A stretch of DNA of 64,000 bases from Heterodontus francisci (Eukaryota): the NCBI RefSeq assembly GCF_036365525.1, contig NC_090378.1, positions 122,931,593-122,995,592 of the forward strand, in the 5' to 3' direction. Of this stretch, positions 1-12,400 are shown one piece after another. Numbering within the stretch: position 1 is the first letter of the stretch; every line of letters begins with the position of its first letter. Below the pieces are notes generated by a model. That model did no database searches, was not told the DNA's origin, and worked only from the letters and a program-made list of their open reading frames with translations. A program made the position numbers and the translations under genes.

Positions 1-3000
1 CACAGACTGGATTGTGAAGTGTGATGTACCTGAGTACACAGCCCAGATTGTGAAGAGTGACGTACCTGAGTACACAGACTGGATTGTGAAGTGTGATGTA
101 CCTGAGTACACAGACCGGATTGTGAAGTGTGATGTACCTGAGTACACAGACTGGATTGTGAAGTGTGATGTACCTGAGTACATAGCCCGGATTGTGAAGA
201 GTGATGTACCTGTGTACACAGACTGCATTGCGAAGTGTGATGTACCTGAGTACACAGACTGGATTGTGAAGTGTGATGTATCTGTGTACACAGACTGGAT
301 TGCGAAGTGTGATGTACCTGAGTACACAGTCTGATTTGTGAAGTGTTATATACCTTTGTACGCAGACTGGATTGTGAAGTCTGATGTACCTGAGTACACA
401 GACTGGATTGTGAAGTGTGATGTACCTGAGTACACAGACTGGATTGTGAAGTGTCATGTACCTGAGTACACAGACTGGATTGTGAAGTGTGATGTACCTG
501 AGTGCAGAGACCACATTGTGAAGTGTGATGTATCTGAGTACACAGTTTGGATTGTGAAGTGTGATGTATCTGAGTACACAGACTGGATTGTGAAGCGTGA
601 TGTACCCGAGTACACAGACTGGATTGTGAAGTGTAATGTACCTGAGCACACAGACTGGATTGTGAAGTGTGATGTACCTGAGTACACAGCCCAGATTGTG
701 AAGTGTGATGTTCCTGAGTGCACAGACAGGATTGTGAACTGTGATGTACCTGAGTACACAGACTGGATTGTGAAGTGTGATGTACCTGAGTACACAGACT
801 GGATTGTGAAGTGTGATGTTCCTGAGTGCACAGACAGGATTGTGAAGTGTGATGTACCTGAGTACACAGACTGGATTGTGAAGTGTGATGTACCTGAGTA
901 CACAGACTGGATTGTGAAGTGTGATGTACCTGAGTACACAGACTGGATTGTGAAGTGTGATGTACCTGAGTACACAGACTGGATTGTGAAGTGTAATGTA
1001 CCTGAGCACACAGACTGGATTGTGAAGTGTGATGTACCTGAGTACACAGCCCAGATTGTGAAGAGTGATGTACCTGAGTACACAGACTGGATTGTGAAGT
1101 GTGATGTACCTGAGTACACAGACCGGATTGTGAAGTGTGATGTACCTGAGTACACAGACTGGATTGTGAAGTGTGATGTACCTGAGTACATAGCCCGGAT
1201 TGTGAAGAGTGATGTACCTGTGTACACAGACTGCATTGCGAAGTGTGATGTACCTGAGTACACAGACTGGATTGTGAAGTGTGATGTATCTGTGTACACA
1301 GACTGGATTGCGAAGTGTGATGTACCTGAGTACACAGTCTGATTTGTGAAGTGTTATATACCTTTGTACGCAGACTGGATTGTGAAGTCTGATGTACCTG
1401 AGTACACAGACTGGATTGTGAAGTGTGATGTACCTGAGTACACAGACTGGATTGTGAAGTGTCATGTACCTGAGTACACAGACTGGATTGTGAAGTGTGA
1501 TGTACCTGAGTGCAGAGACCGCATTGTGAAGTGTGATGTATCTGAGTACACAGTTTGGATTGTGAAGTGTGATGTATCTGAGTACACAGACTGGATTGTG
1601 AAGCGTGATGTACCCGAGTACACAGACTGGATTGTGAAGTGTAATGTACCTGAGCACACAGACTGGATTGTGAAGTGTGATGTACCTGAGTACACAGCCC
1701 AGATTGTGAAGTGTGATGTTCCTGAGTGCACAGACAGGATTGTGAACTGTGATGTACCTGAGTACACAGACTGGATTGTGAAGTGTGATGTACCTGAGTA
1801 CACAGACTGGATTGTGAAGTGTGATGTTCCTGAGTGCACAGACAGGATTGTGAAGTGTGATGTACCTGAGTACACAGACTGGATTGTGAAGTGTGATGTA
1901 CCTGAGTACACAGACTGGATTGTGAAGTGTGATGTACCTGAGTACACAGCCCAGATTGTGAAGAGTGACGTACCTGAGTACACAGTCTGGATTGTGAAGT
2001 GTTATATACCTGAGTACACAGACTGGATTGTGAAGTGTGATGTACATGAGTGCACAGCCAGGATTGTGAAGTGTGATGTACCTGAGTACACAGACTGGAT
2101 TGTGAAGTGATGTACCTGTGTACACGGACTGGATTGCGAAGTGTGATGTACCTGAGTACACAGACTGGATTGTGAAGTGTGATGTACCTGAGTACACAGA
2201 CAGGATTGTGAAGTGTGATGTACCTGAGTACACAGACTGGATTGTGAAGTGTGATGTACCTGTGTACACGGACTGGATTGCGAAGTGTGATGTACCTGTG
2301 TACACAGACAGGCTTGTGAAGTGTGATGTACCTGAGTACACAGACTGGATTGTGAAGTGTGATGTACCTGAGTACACAGACTGGATTGTGAAGTGTGATG
2401 TACCTGAGTACACAGACTGGATTGTGAAGTGTGATGTACCTGTGTACACGGACTGGATTGCGAAGTGTGATGTACCTGAGTACACAGACTGGATTGTGAA
2501 GTGTGATGTACCTGAGTTCACGGACTGGATTGTGAAGTGTGATGTACCTGAGTACACAGACTGGATTGTGAACGGTGATATACCTGAGTACACAGATTGG
2601 ATTGTGAACGGTGATGTCTCTGAGTACACAGTCCGTATTGTGAAGTGTGATATACCTGAGTACACAGACTGGATTGTGAAGTGTGATATACCTGAGTACA
2701 CAGACTGGATTGTGCAGTGTGATATACCTGAGTACACAGACTGGATGGTGAAGTGTGATGTACCTGAGTACTCAGACCGGATTGTGAAGTGTGTTGTACC
2801 TGAGTACACAGACTGGATTGTGAAGTGTGATGTATCTGAGTACACAGACTGGATTGTGAAGTGTGATATACCTGATTACACAGACTGGATTGTGATGTGT
2901 GATATACCTGATTACACAGACTGGATTGTGAAGTGTGATGTACCTGAGTACTCAGACCGGATTGTGAAGTGTGTTGTACCTGAGTACTCAGACCGGATTG

Positions 3001-6000
3001 TGAAGTGTGATGTAACTGAGTACACAGACCGGATTGTGAAGTGTGATGTACCTGAGTACACAGACTGGATTGTGAAGTGTGATGTACCTGAGTACGCAGA
3101 CCGGATTGTGAAGTGTGATTTACCTGAGTACACAGACCGGATTGTGAAGAGTGATGTACCTGAGTACACAGAATGGATTGTGAAGTGTGATGCACCTGAG
3201 TACACAGACAGGACTGTGAATTGTGATGTACCTGAGTAAGCAGAATGGATTGTGAAGTGTGATGTGCCTGTGTACACAGACTGGATTGTGAAGTGTGATG
3301 TTCCTGAGTGCACAGACAGGATTGTGAAGTGTGATGTACCTGAGTACACAGACTGGATTGTGAAGTGTGATGTACCTGTGTACACAGACTGGATTGTGAA
3401 GTGTGATGTACCTGAGTACACAGACTGGATTGTGAAGTGTGATGTACCTGAGTACACAGACTGGATTGTGAAGTGTGATGTACCTGAGTACACAGATAGG
3501 ATTGTGAAGTGTGATGTACCTGAGTGCACTGACTGGATTGTGAAGTGTGATGTACCTGAGTACACAGACTGGATTGTGAAGTGTGATGTTCCTGAGTGCA
3601 CAGACAGGATTGTGAAGTGTGATGTACCTGAGTACACAGACTGGATTGTGAAGTGTGATGTACCTGAGTACACAGACTGGATTGTGAAGTGTGATGTACC
3701 TGAGTACACAGACTGGATTGTGAAGTGTGATGTACCTGTGTACACGGACTGGATTGCGAAGTGTGATGTACCTGAGTGCACAGTCTGGATTGTGAAGTGT
3801 TATATACCTGAGTACACAGACTGGATTGTGAAGTGTGATGTACCTGAGTGCACAGACAGGATTGTGAAGTGTGATGTACCTGAGTACACAGACTGGATTG
3901 TGAAGTGTGATGTACCTGTGTACACGGACTGGATTGCGAAGTGTGATGTACCTGAGTACACAGACTGGATTGTGAAGTGTGATGTACCTGAGTACACAGA
4001 CTGGATTGTGAAGTGTGATGTACCTGTGTACACGGACTGGATTGCGAAGTGTGATGTACCTGTGTACACTGACAGGATTGTGAAGTGTGATGTACCTGAG
4101 TACACAGACTGGATTGTGAAGTGTGATGTACCTGTGTACACGGACTGGATTGCGAAGTGTGATGTACCTGAGTACACAGACTGGATTGTGAAGTGTGATG
4201 TACCTGAGTTCACGGACTGGATTGTGAAGTGTGATGTACCTGAGTACACAGACTGGATTGTGAACGGTGATATACCTGAGTACACAGATTGGATTGTGAA
4301 CGGTGATGTCTCTGAGTACACAGTCCGTATTGTGAAGTGTGATATACCTGAGTACACAGACTGGATTGTGAAGTGTGATATACCTGAGTACACAGACTGG
4401 ATTGTGCAGTGTGATATACCTGAGTACACAGACTGGATTGTGAAGTGTGATGTATCTGAGTACACAGACTGGATTGTGAAGTGTGATGTACCTGAGTACA
4501 CAGACTGGATTGTGAAGTGTGTTATACCTGATTACACAGACTGGATTGTGAAGTGTGATGTACCTGAGTACACAGACTGGATTGTGAAGTGTGTTATACC
4601 TGATTACACAGACTGGATTGTGAAGTGTGATATACCTGATAACACAGACTGGATTGTGAAGTGTGATGTACCTGAGTACACAGACTGGATTGTGAAGTGT
4701 GTTATACCTGATTACACAGACTGGATTGTGAAGTGTGATGTACCTGAGTACACAGACTGGATTGTGAAGTGTGATGTATCTGAGTTCACGGACTGGATTG
4801 TGAAGTGTGATGTATCTGAGTACACAGACTGGATTGTGAAGTGTGATGTATCTGAGTACACAGACTGGATTGTGAAGTGTGATGTACCTGAGTACACAGA
4901 CTGGATTGTGAAGTGTGATGTACCTGAGTACACAGACTGGATTGTGAAGTGTGATGTATCTGAGTACACAGACTGGATTGTGAAGTGTGATGTATCTGAG
5001 TTCACGGACTGGATTGTGAAGTATGATGTATCTGAGTACACAGACTGGATTGTGAAGTGTGATGTACCTGAGTACACAGACTGGATTGTGAAGTGTGATG
5101 TATCTGAGTTCACAGACTGGATTGTGAAGTGTGATGTATCTGAGTACACAGACTGGATTGTGAAGTGTGTTATACCTGATTACACAGACTGGATTGTGAA
5201 GTGTGATGTATCTGAGTACACAGACTGGATTGTGAAGTGTGATGTACCTGAGTACACAGACTGGATTGTGAAGTGTGTTATACCTGATTACACAGACTGG
5301 ATTGTGAAGTGTGATGTACCTGAGTACACAGACTGGATTGTGAAGTGTGTTATACCTGATTACACAGACTGGATTGTGAAGTGTGATATACCTGATAACA
5401 CAGACTGGATTGTGAAGTGTGATGTACCTGAGTACACAGACTGGATTGTGAAGTGTGTTATACCTGATTACACAGACTGGATTGTGAAGTGTGATGTACC
5501 TGAGTACACAGACTGGATTGTGAAGTGTGATGTATCTGAGTTCACGGACTGGATTGTGAAGTGTGATGTATCTGAGTACACAGACTGGATTGTGAAGTGT
5601 GATGTACCTGAGTACACAGACTGGATTGTGAAGTGTGATGTATCTGAGTACACAGACTGGATTGTGAAGTGTGATGTATCTGAGTACACAGACTGGATTG
5701 TGAAGTGTGATGTATCTGAGTACACAGACTGGATTGTGAAGTGTGATGTGTCTGAGTACACAGACTGGATTGTGAAGTGTGTTATACCTGATTACACAGA
5801 CTGGATTGTGAAGTGTGATGTATCTGAGTACACAGACTGGATTGTGAAGTGTGATGTACCTGAGTACACAGACTGGATTGTGAAGTGTGATGTATCTGAG
5901 TACACAGACTGGATTGTGAAGTGTGATGTACCTGAGTGCACAGACTGGATTGTGAAGTGTGATGTATCTGAGTACACAGACTGGATTGTGAAGTGTGATG

Positions 6001-6344
6001 TATCTGAGTTCACGGACTGGATTGTGAAGTGTGATGTATCTGAGTACACAGACTGGATTGTGAAGTGTGATGTACCTGAGTACACAGACTGGATTGTGAA
6101 GTGTGATATACCTGATTACACAGACTGGATTGTGAAGTGTGATGTATCTGAGTACACAGACTGGATTGTGAAGTGTGATGTACCTGAGTACACAGACTGG
6201 ATTGTGAAGTGTGATGTATCTGAGTACACAGACTGGATTGTGAAGTGTGATATACCTGATTACACAGACTGGATTGTGAAGTGTGATGTACCTGAGTACA
6301 CAGACTTTATTGTGAAGTGTGATGTACCTGAGTACACAGACTGG
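1..6344. repeat. 36-bp tandem satellite (CACAGACTGGATTGTGAAGTGTGATGTACCTGAGTA)n, ~176 units, continues beyond window start
   Basis: 36-bp period read directly; yields 12-aa repeat ORFs on both strands; 2-bp deletion near 2107. Confidence 0.98.
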
Positions 6345-6349
6345 AGAGC

Positions 6350-6574
6350 AGAGAGAGGGCTCCCAGGGTTCCCAATGTGACACTGGAGACATTAATAGAG
6401 GAGGTACAAAGGAGGAGAAAATCAATGTTTGCACAAGGTGCCAGGAGACCCTCAAAGCAAAACGCTGAGAAGAGAATGGGCGCGGTGACCAGGGAGGTCA
6501 ATTCCTGCAGTCTGGACCTGAGGACCTGACAGTAATGTCGTGGGAAGTTCAGTGACCTCTCAGGGGTGGTCAAG
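6350..6574 (+). pseudogene. Decayed Myb/SANT-like DNA-binding ORF, PIF/Harbinger transposon type
   Basis: Manual translation RERAPRVPNVTLETLIEEVQRRRKSMFAQG...AVTREVNSCSLDLRT*Q*CRGKFSDLSGVVK follows the Harbinger/NAIF1-type Myb/SANT pattern (R-x-R-x-P ... VN ... RT-x-x-QC-x-x-K-F/W-x-DL); two in-frame stops. Confidence 0.6.
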
Positions 6575-6889
6575 GTCGGTGATTGTATCTTCACAGGACA
6601 TCTCCCACCAAGCACAGCACCAACCTCTCCTGCTGCTCATTGTACCACACCCCCATCACTCACCCAGTAACAATCCCTGGCACTCAGGACTCACTCCTGA
6701 CAGTCAGATTCTCCACCTCATCCTCACACTCCCACCAATGCCTCCTGACCACCCCGCACACACCCCACCCTCCCCCCACTCCGAGGATCCATAATGTCTT
6801 TCTTCCTAACCACCTTCACCGCTGATGCCTCCAGCATCACATCCATCATGCCAGCATTCAGTTTGAAACCATTTCTATTGCATTAATAT

Positions 6890-7639
6890 TATTCAGTTCA
6901 GATTTCCTTTAAAAGGGACAGCCTGCCGTTAAGAAGAGCAGGTTGACTGCAAAACATGGGTCAGGAGTTTATCCAGGTGACAGGGTCCCGACTCCAGCAA
7001 AAGACCCACCAAGAGCCCCACGTTTCTCCTTCTGTGGGAGGCTCACCAAATAAAGTACCAATTAGGCGCGTAACTGGACAGCAGTGGACCTTTCCTGGGA
7101 TCAAGGACCACACTGAAGTCCCGCCCTCTGAGAACTGCCGGCCAATCAGAGGAACTGAGCAACGCCACAGTGGAGGCAGTGGCTGCTGACAGTGGAGAAC
7201 CAACCCGAGGCCTCGGAGCGGTGCAGGAACCAGGTCACAGGTAGGTCAGGGCAGGAGTGGTTCCGCGGGGTGGGGGTCATATGGGAGAGGTGTGTAGGGG
7301 GGTCAGCATCAAGGGAAGGGGGGTTGACACTCAGCGGGCCCCCATTCCCGATGCTGGGTTCCGTGTTCAGGCACGAAGTGTCTTTTAACAAGGGACTCTC
7401 CCCTCCCCAAACGGAGCCAGGAAGCAACTCGCACGGTTTTTCTTGTCATGCTCCCCGTGTGGCGACAGGCCCCGCCCACAGCTGGGCTAATTGTGGTGGC
7501 AGTGCAATGAGGTAATTGGGAATTAATTACCCTCTGAAGGGCCTTAATTGGCGGTGGTCCCTCCCCCGTCACCATCCCACCTGATTATCGGCTCTCCCAC
7601 CTCCAAACCCGCCATGGGGGAGGGAATAAAACTCCCCCC
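6890..7639. mobile_element. Non-autonomous DNA-transposon remnant, probably Harbinger-type, ending in TIR-like TAAAACTCCCCC
   Basis: GC-rich; shares TTTAAAAGGGACAGCC-type motif and terminal motif with elements at 19.7, 23.0 and 24.2 kb; adjacent to the Myb remnant; boundaries approximate. Confidence 0.4.
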
Positions 7640-7948
7640 ATGGTTTGTGAACAACACGACTGGGACCGCCTGAGGAACACAGAGACTGTCATCAGTGTCT
7701 GTAAACAATTTCTAATCATCTTGTTCACATATTGTTTACTCAATTCTGCTTTTTGGTAAAATATAAAATCTACATCTCAACATTGTCCAACTTTAGCACA
7801 GCCTGTCTGTATATATTACTCAGCAGGATATATCTTCACTGAGAAGGAGACCTTTTTAACTATAATAATGACACATCTCTGATAATCATCTTCATAATTC
7901 TTTTATTGTATCTTTCATCCATTCTGTGTTTATTTGCAGAAAGCTCTG

Positions 7949-9348
7949 GAGGGAGGGATGGAGATCAGATAGAGGGAGGGATGGAGATCAGATAGAGGGA
8001 GGGACGGAGCTCAGATAGAGGGAGGGATGGAGCTCAGATAGAGGGAGGAATGGAGATCAGATAGAGGGAGGGATGGAGCTCAGATAGAGGGAGGGATGGA
8101 GCTCAGATAGAGGGAGGGATGGAGATCAGATAGAGGGAGGGATGGAGATCAGATAGAGGGAGGGATGGAGATCAGATAGAGGGAGGGATGGAGATCAGAT
8201 AGAGGGAGGGATGGAGATCAGATAGAGGGAGGGATGGAGATCAGATAGAGGGAGGGATGGAGATCAGATAGAGGGAGGGATGGAGTTCAGATAGAGGGAG
8301 GGATGGAGATCAGATAGAGGGAGGGATGGAGTTCAGATAGAGGGAGGGATGGAGATCAGATAGAGGGAGGGATGGAGATCAGATAGAGGGAGGGATGGAG
8401 ATCAGATAGAGGGAGGGATGGAGATCAGATAGAGGGAGGGATGGAGTTCAGATAGAGGGAGGGATGGAGATCAGATAGAGGGAGGGATGGAGATCAGATA
8501 GAGGGAGGGATGGAGATCAGATAGAGGGAGGGATGGAGTTCAGATAGAGGGAGGGATGGAGATCAGATAGAGAGAGGGATGGAGATCAGATAGAGGGAGG
8601 GATGGAGCTCAGATAGAGGGAGGGATGGAGATCAGATAGAGGGAGGGATGGAGATCAGATAGAGGGAGGGATGGAGCTCAGATAGAGGGAGGGATGGAGC
8701 TCAGATAGAGGGAGGGATGGAGATCAGATAGAGGGAGGGATGGAGATCAGATAGAGGGAGGGATGGAGGTCAGATAGAGGGAGGGATGGAGCTCAGATAG
8801 AGGGAGGGATGGAGATCAGACAGAGGGAGGGATGGAGCTCAGATATAGGGAGGGATGGAGATCAGATAGAGGGAGGGATGGAGCTCAGATAGAGGGAGGG
8901 ATGGAGGTCAGATAGAGGGAGGGATGGAGGTCAGATAGAGGGAGGGATGGAGATCAGATAGAGGGAGGGATGGAGATCAGATAGAGGGAGGGATGGAGGT
9001 CAGATAGAGGGAGGGATGGAGATCAGATAGAGGGAGGGATGGAGCTCAGATAGAGGGAGGGATGGAGATCAGATAGAGGGAGGGATGGAGGTCAGATAGA
9101 GGGAGGGATGGAGATCAGATAGAGGGAGGGATGGAGGTCAGATAGAGGGAGGGATGGAGGTCAGATAGAGGGAGGGATGGAGATCAGATAGAGGGAGGGA
9201 TGGAGGTCAGATAGAGGGAGGGATGGAGGTCAGATAGAGGAAGGGATGGAGGTCAGATAGAGGGAGGGATGGAGATCAGATAGAGGGAGGGATAGAGCTC
9301 AGATAGAGAGAGGGATGGAGGTCAGATAGAGGGAGGAATGGAGGTCAG
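7949..9348. repeat. 23-bp purine-rich minisatellite (GGGAGGGATGGAG[A/C/T/G]TCAGATAGA)n, ~61 units
   Basis: Direct periodicity; one hypervariable position. Confidence 0.97.
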
Positions 9349-9478
9349 GGAGGTGTGTATCTGAGAGAAAAGAGGATGTCTCTTCACCAATCCATGCAGC
9401 TCCCTTATCCCCCATCCTGAGGACAGGCTCCACGATTACAGTTTGATGGTTTTCACCTTGTGCTTTTTACTGATATGA

Positions 9479-12400
9479 TGGATGAACGGAGCCCTGGCTA
9501 GAGACTGCACTGGATGAATGGAGCCCTGGCTGGAGACTGCACTGGATGAATGGAGCCCTGACTGGAGACTGCAAAGGATGAATGGAGCCTTGGCTGGAGA
9601 CTGCACTGGATGAATGGAGCCCTGGCTGGAGACTGCACTGGATGAATGGAGCCCTGGCTAGAGACTGCACTGGATGAATGGAGCCCTGGCTAGAGACTGC
9701 ACTGGATGAATGGAGCCCAGGCTGGAGACTGCACTGGATGAATGGAGCCCTGGCTAGAGACTGCACTGGATGAATGGAGCCCTGGCTGGAGACTGCACTG
9801 GATGAATGGAGCCCTGGCTAGAGACTGCACTGGATGAATGGAGCCCTGACTGGAGACGGCACTGGATGAATCGAACCCTGGCTGAAGACTGAACTGGATG
9901 AATGGAGCCCTGACTGGAGAAGGCACTGGATGAACGGAGCCCTGACTGGAGACTGCACTGGATGAATGCAGCCTTGACCAGAGACTGCACTGGATGAATG
10001 GAGCCCTGGCTAGAGACTGCACTGGATGAATGGAGCCTTGACCGGCGACTGCACTGGATGAATGGAGCCCTGGCTGGAGACTGCACTGGATGAATGGAGC
10101 CCTGGCGAGAGACTGCACTGGATGAATGGAGCCTTGGCTGGAGACGGCACTAGATGAATCGAGCCCTGGCTGAAGACTGAACTGGATGAATGGAGCCCTG
10201 GCTGGAGACGGCACTGGATGAATCGAGCCCTGACTGAAGACTGAACTGGATGAATGGAGCCCTGACTGGAGACTGCACTGGATGAACGGAGCCCTGACTG
10301 GAGACTGCACTGGATGAATGGAGCCTTGACCGGCGACTGCACTGGATGAATGGAGCCCTGGCTGGAGACTGCACTGGATGAATGGAGCCCTGGCGAGAGA
10401 CTGCACTGGATGAATGGAGCCTTGGCTGGAGACGGCACTGGATGAATGGAGCCCTGGCTGGAGACTGCACTGGATGAATGGAGCCCTGGCTAGAGACTGC
10501 ACTGGATGAATGGAGCCCTGGCTCGAGACTGCACTGGATGAATGGAGCCCTGACTGGAGAATGCACTGGATGAATTGAACCCTGGCTGAAGACTGAACTG
10601 GATGAACGGAGCCCTGACTGGAGACTGCACTGGATGAATGGAGCCCTGGCTGCAGACTGCACTGGATGAATGGAGCCCTGGCTGGAGACGGCACTGGATG
10701 AATGGAGCCCTGGCTAGAGACTGCACTGGATGAATGGAGCCCTGGCTGGAGACGGCACTGGATGAATGGAGCCCTGGCTAGAGACTGCACTGGATGAATG
10801 GAGCCCTGACTGGAGACGGCACTGGATGAATCAAGCCCTGGCGAGAGACTGAACTGGATGAATGGAGCCCTGACTGGAGACTGCATTGGATGAACGGAGC
10901 CCTGACTGGAGACTGCACTGGATGAATGGAGCCTTGACCGGAGACTGCACTGGATGAATGGAGCCCTGGCTGGAGACTGCACTGGATGAATGGAGCCCTG
11001 GCTGAAGACTGAACTGGATGAATGGAGCCCTGACTGGAGACGGCACTGGATGAATCGAGCCCTGGCAGAAGACTGAACTGGATGAATGGTGCCCTGACTG
11101 GAGACTGCACTGGATGAATGGAGCCCTGACTGGAGACTGCACTGGATGAATGGAGCCTTGACCGGAGACTGCACTGGATGAATGGAGCCCTGGATGGAGA
11201 CTGCACTGGATGAATGGAGCCCTGGCTGAAGACTGAACCGAATGAATGGAGCCCTGACTGCAGACGGCACTGGATGAATGGAGCCCTGGCTGAAGACTGA
11301 ACTGGATGAATGGAGCCCTGGCTGGAGACTGCACTGGATGAATGGAGCCCTGGCTAGAGACTGCATTGGATGAATGGAGCCATGGCTGGAGACGGCACTG
11401 GATGAATGGAGCCTTGGCTAGAGACGGCACTGGATGAATGGAGCCCTGGCTGGAGACTGCACTGGATGAATGGAGCTCTGGCAGGAGACTGCACTGGATG
11501 AATGGAGCCCTGGCAGGAGACTGCACTGGATGAATGGAGCCCTGACCATAGACTGCACTGGATGAATGGAGCCCTGGTTAGAGATTGAATTGGATAATTG
11601 GAGCCATGGCTGGAAACTGCACTGGATGAATGGAGCCTTGGCTGGAGACTGCACTGGATGAATGGAGCCCTGGCTGGAGACTGCACTGGATGAATGGAGC
11701 CCTGGCTGGAGACTGCAAAGGATGAATGGAGCCTTGGCTGGAGACTGCACTGGATGAATGGAGCCCTGGCTGGAGACTGCACTGGATGAATGGAGCCCTG
11801 GCTAGAGACTGCACTGGATGAATGGAGCCCTGGCTAGAGACTGCACTGGATGAATGGAGCCCAGGCTGGAGACTGCACTGGATGAATGGAGCCCTGGCTA
11901 GAGACTGCACTGGATGAATGGAGCCCTGGCTGGAGACTGCACTGGATGAATGGAGCCCTGGCTAGAGACTGCACTGGATGAATTGAGCCCTAACTGGAGA
12001 CGGCACTGGATGAATCGAACCCTGGCTGAAAAATAAACTGGATGAATGGAGCCCTGACTGGAGACGGCACTAGATGAATCGAGCCCTGGCTGAAGACTGA
12101 ACTGGATGAATGGAGCCCTGGCTGGAGACTGCACTGGATGAATAGAGCCCTGGATAGAGACTGCATTGGATGAATGGAGCCATGGCTGGAGACTGCAATG
12201 GATGAATGGAGCCTTGGCTGGAGACTGCACTGGATGAATGGAGCTCTGGCTGGAGACTGCACTGGATGAATGGAGCCCTGACTGGAGACTGCACTGGATG
12301 AATGGAGCCCTGACTGGAGACTGCACTGGATGAATGGAGCCCTGGCTGGAGACTGCACTGGATGAATGGAGCCCTGGCTAGAGACTGCACTGGATGAATG

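Noticed and set aside
1-6344. 36-bp repeat as a CRISPR array
   Set aside because: Head-to-tail units without unique spacers; no cas genes; eukaryotic context
14-6455. Long ORFs (up to 1042 and 1111 aa) with KCDVPEYTDWIV or LHNPVCVLRYIT repeats
   Set aside because: Consequence of a 36-bp unit lacking stops in several frames on both strands; interrupted by stops and a frameshift; no gene context
7920-9478. Possible + strand exon (acceptor TTTATTTGCAG at ~7939) split by the 23-bp array
   Set aside because: Joining the flanks gives only short peptides with no recognisable homology
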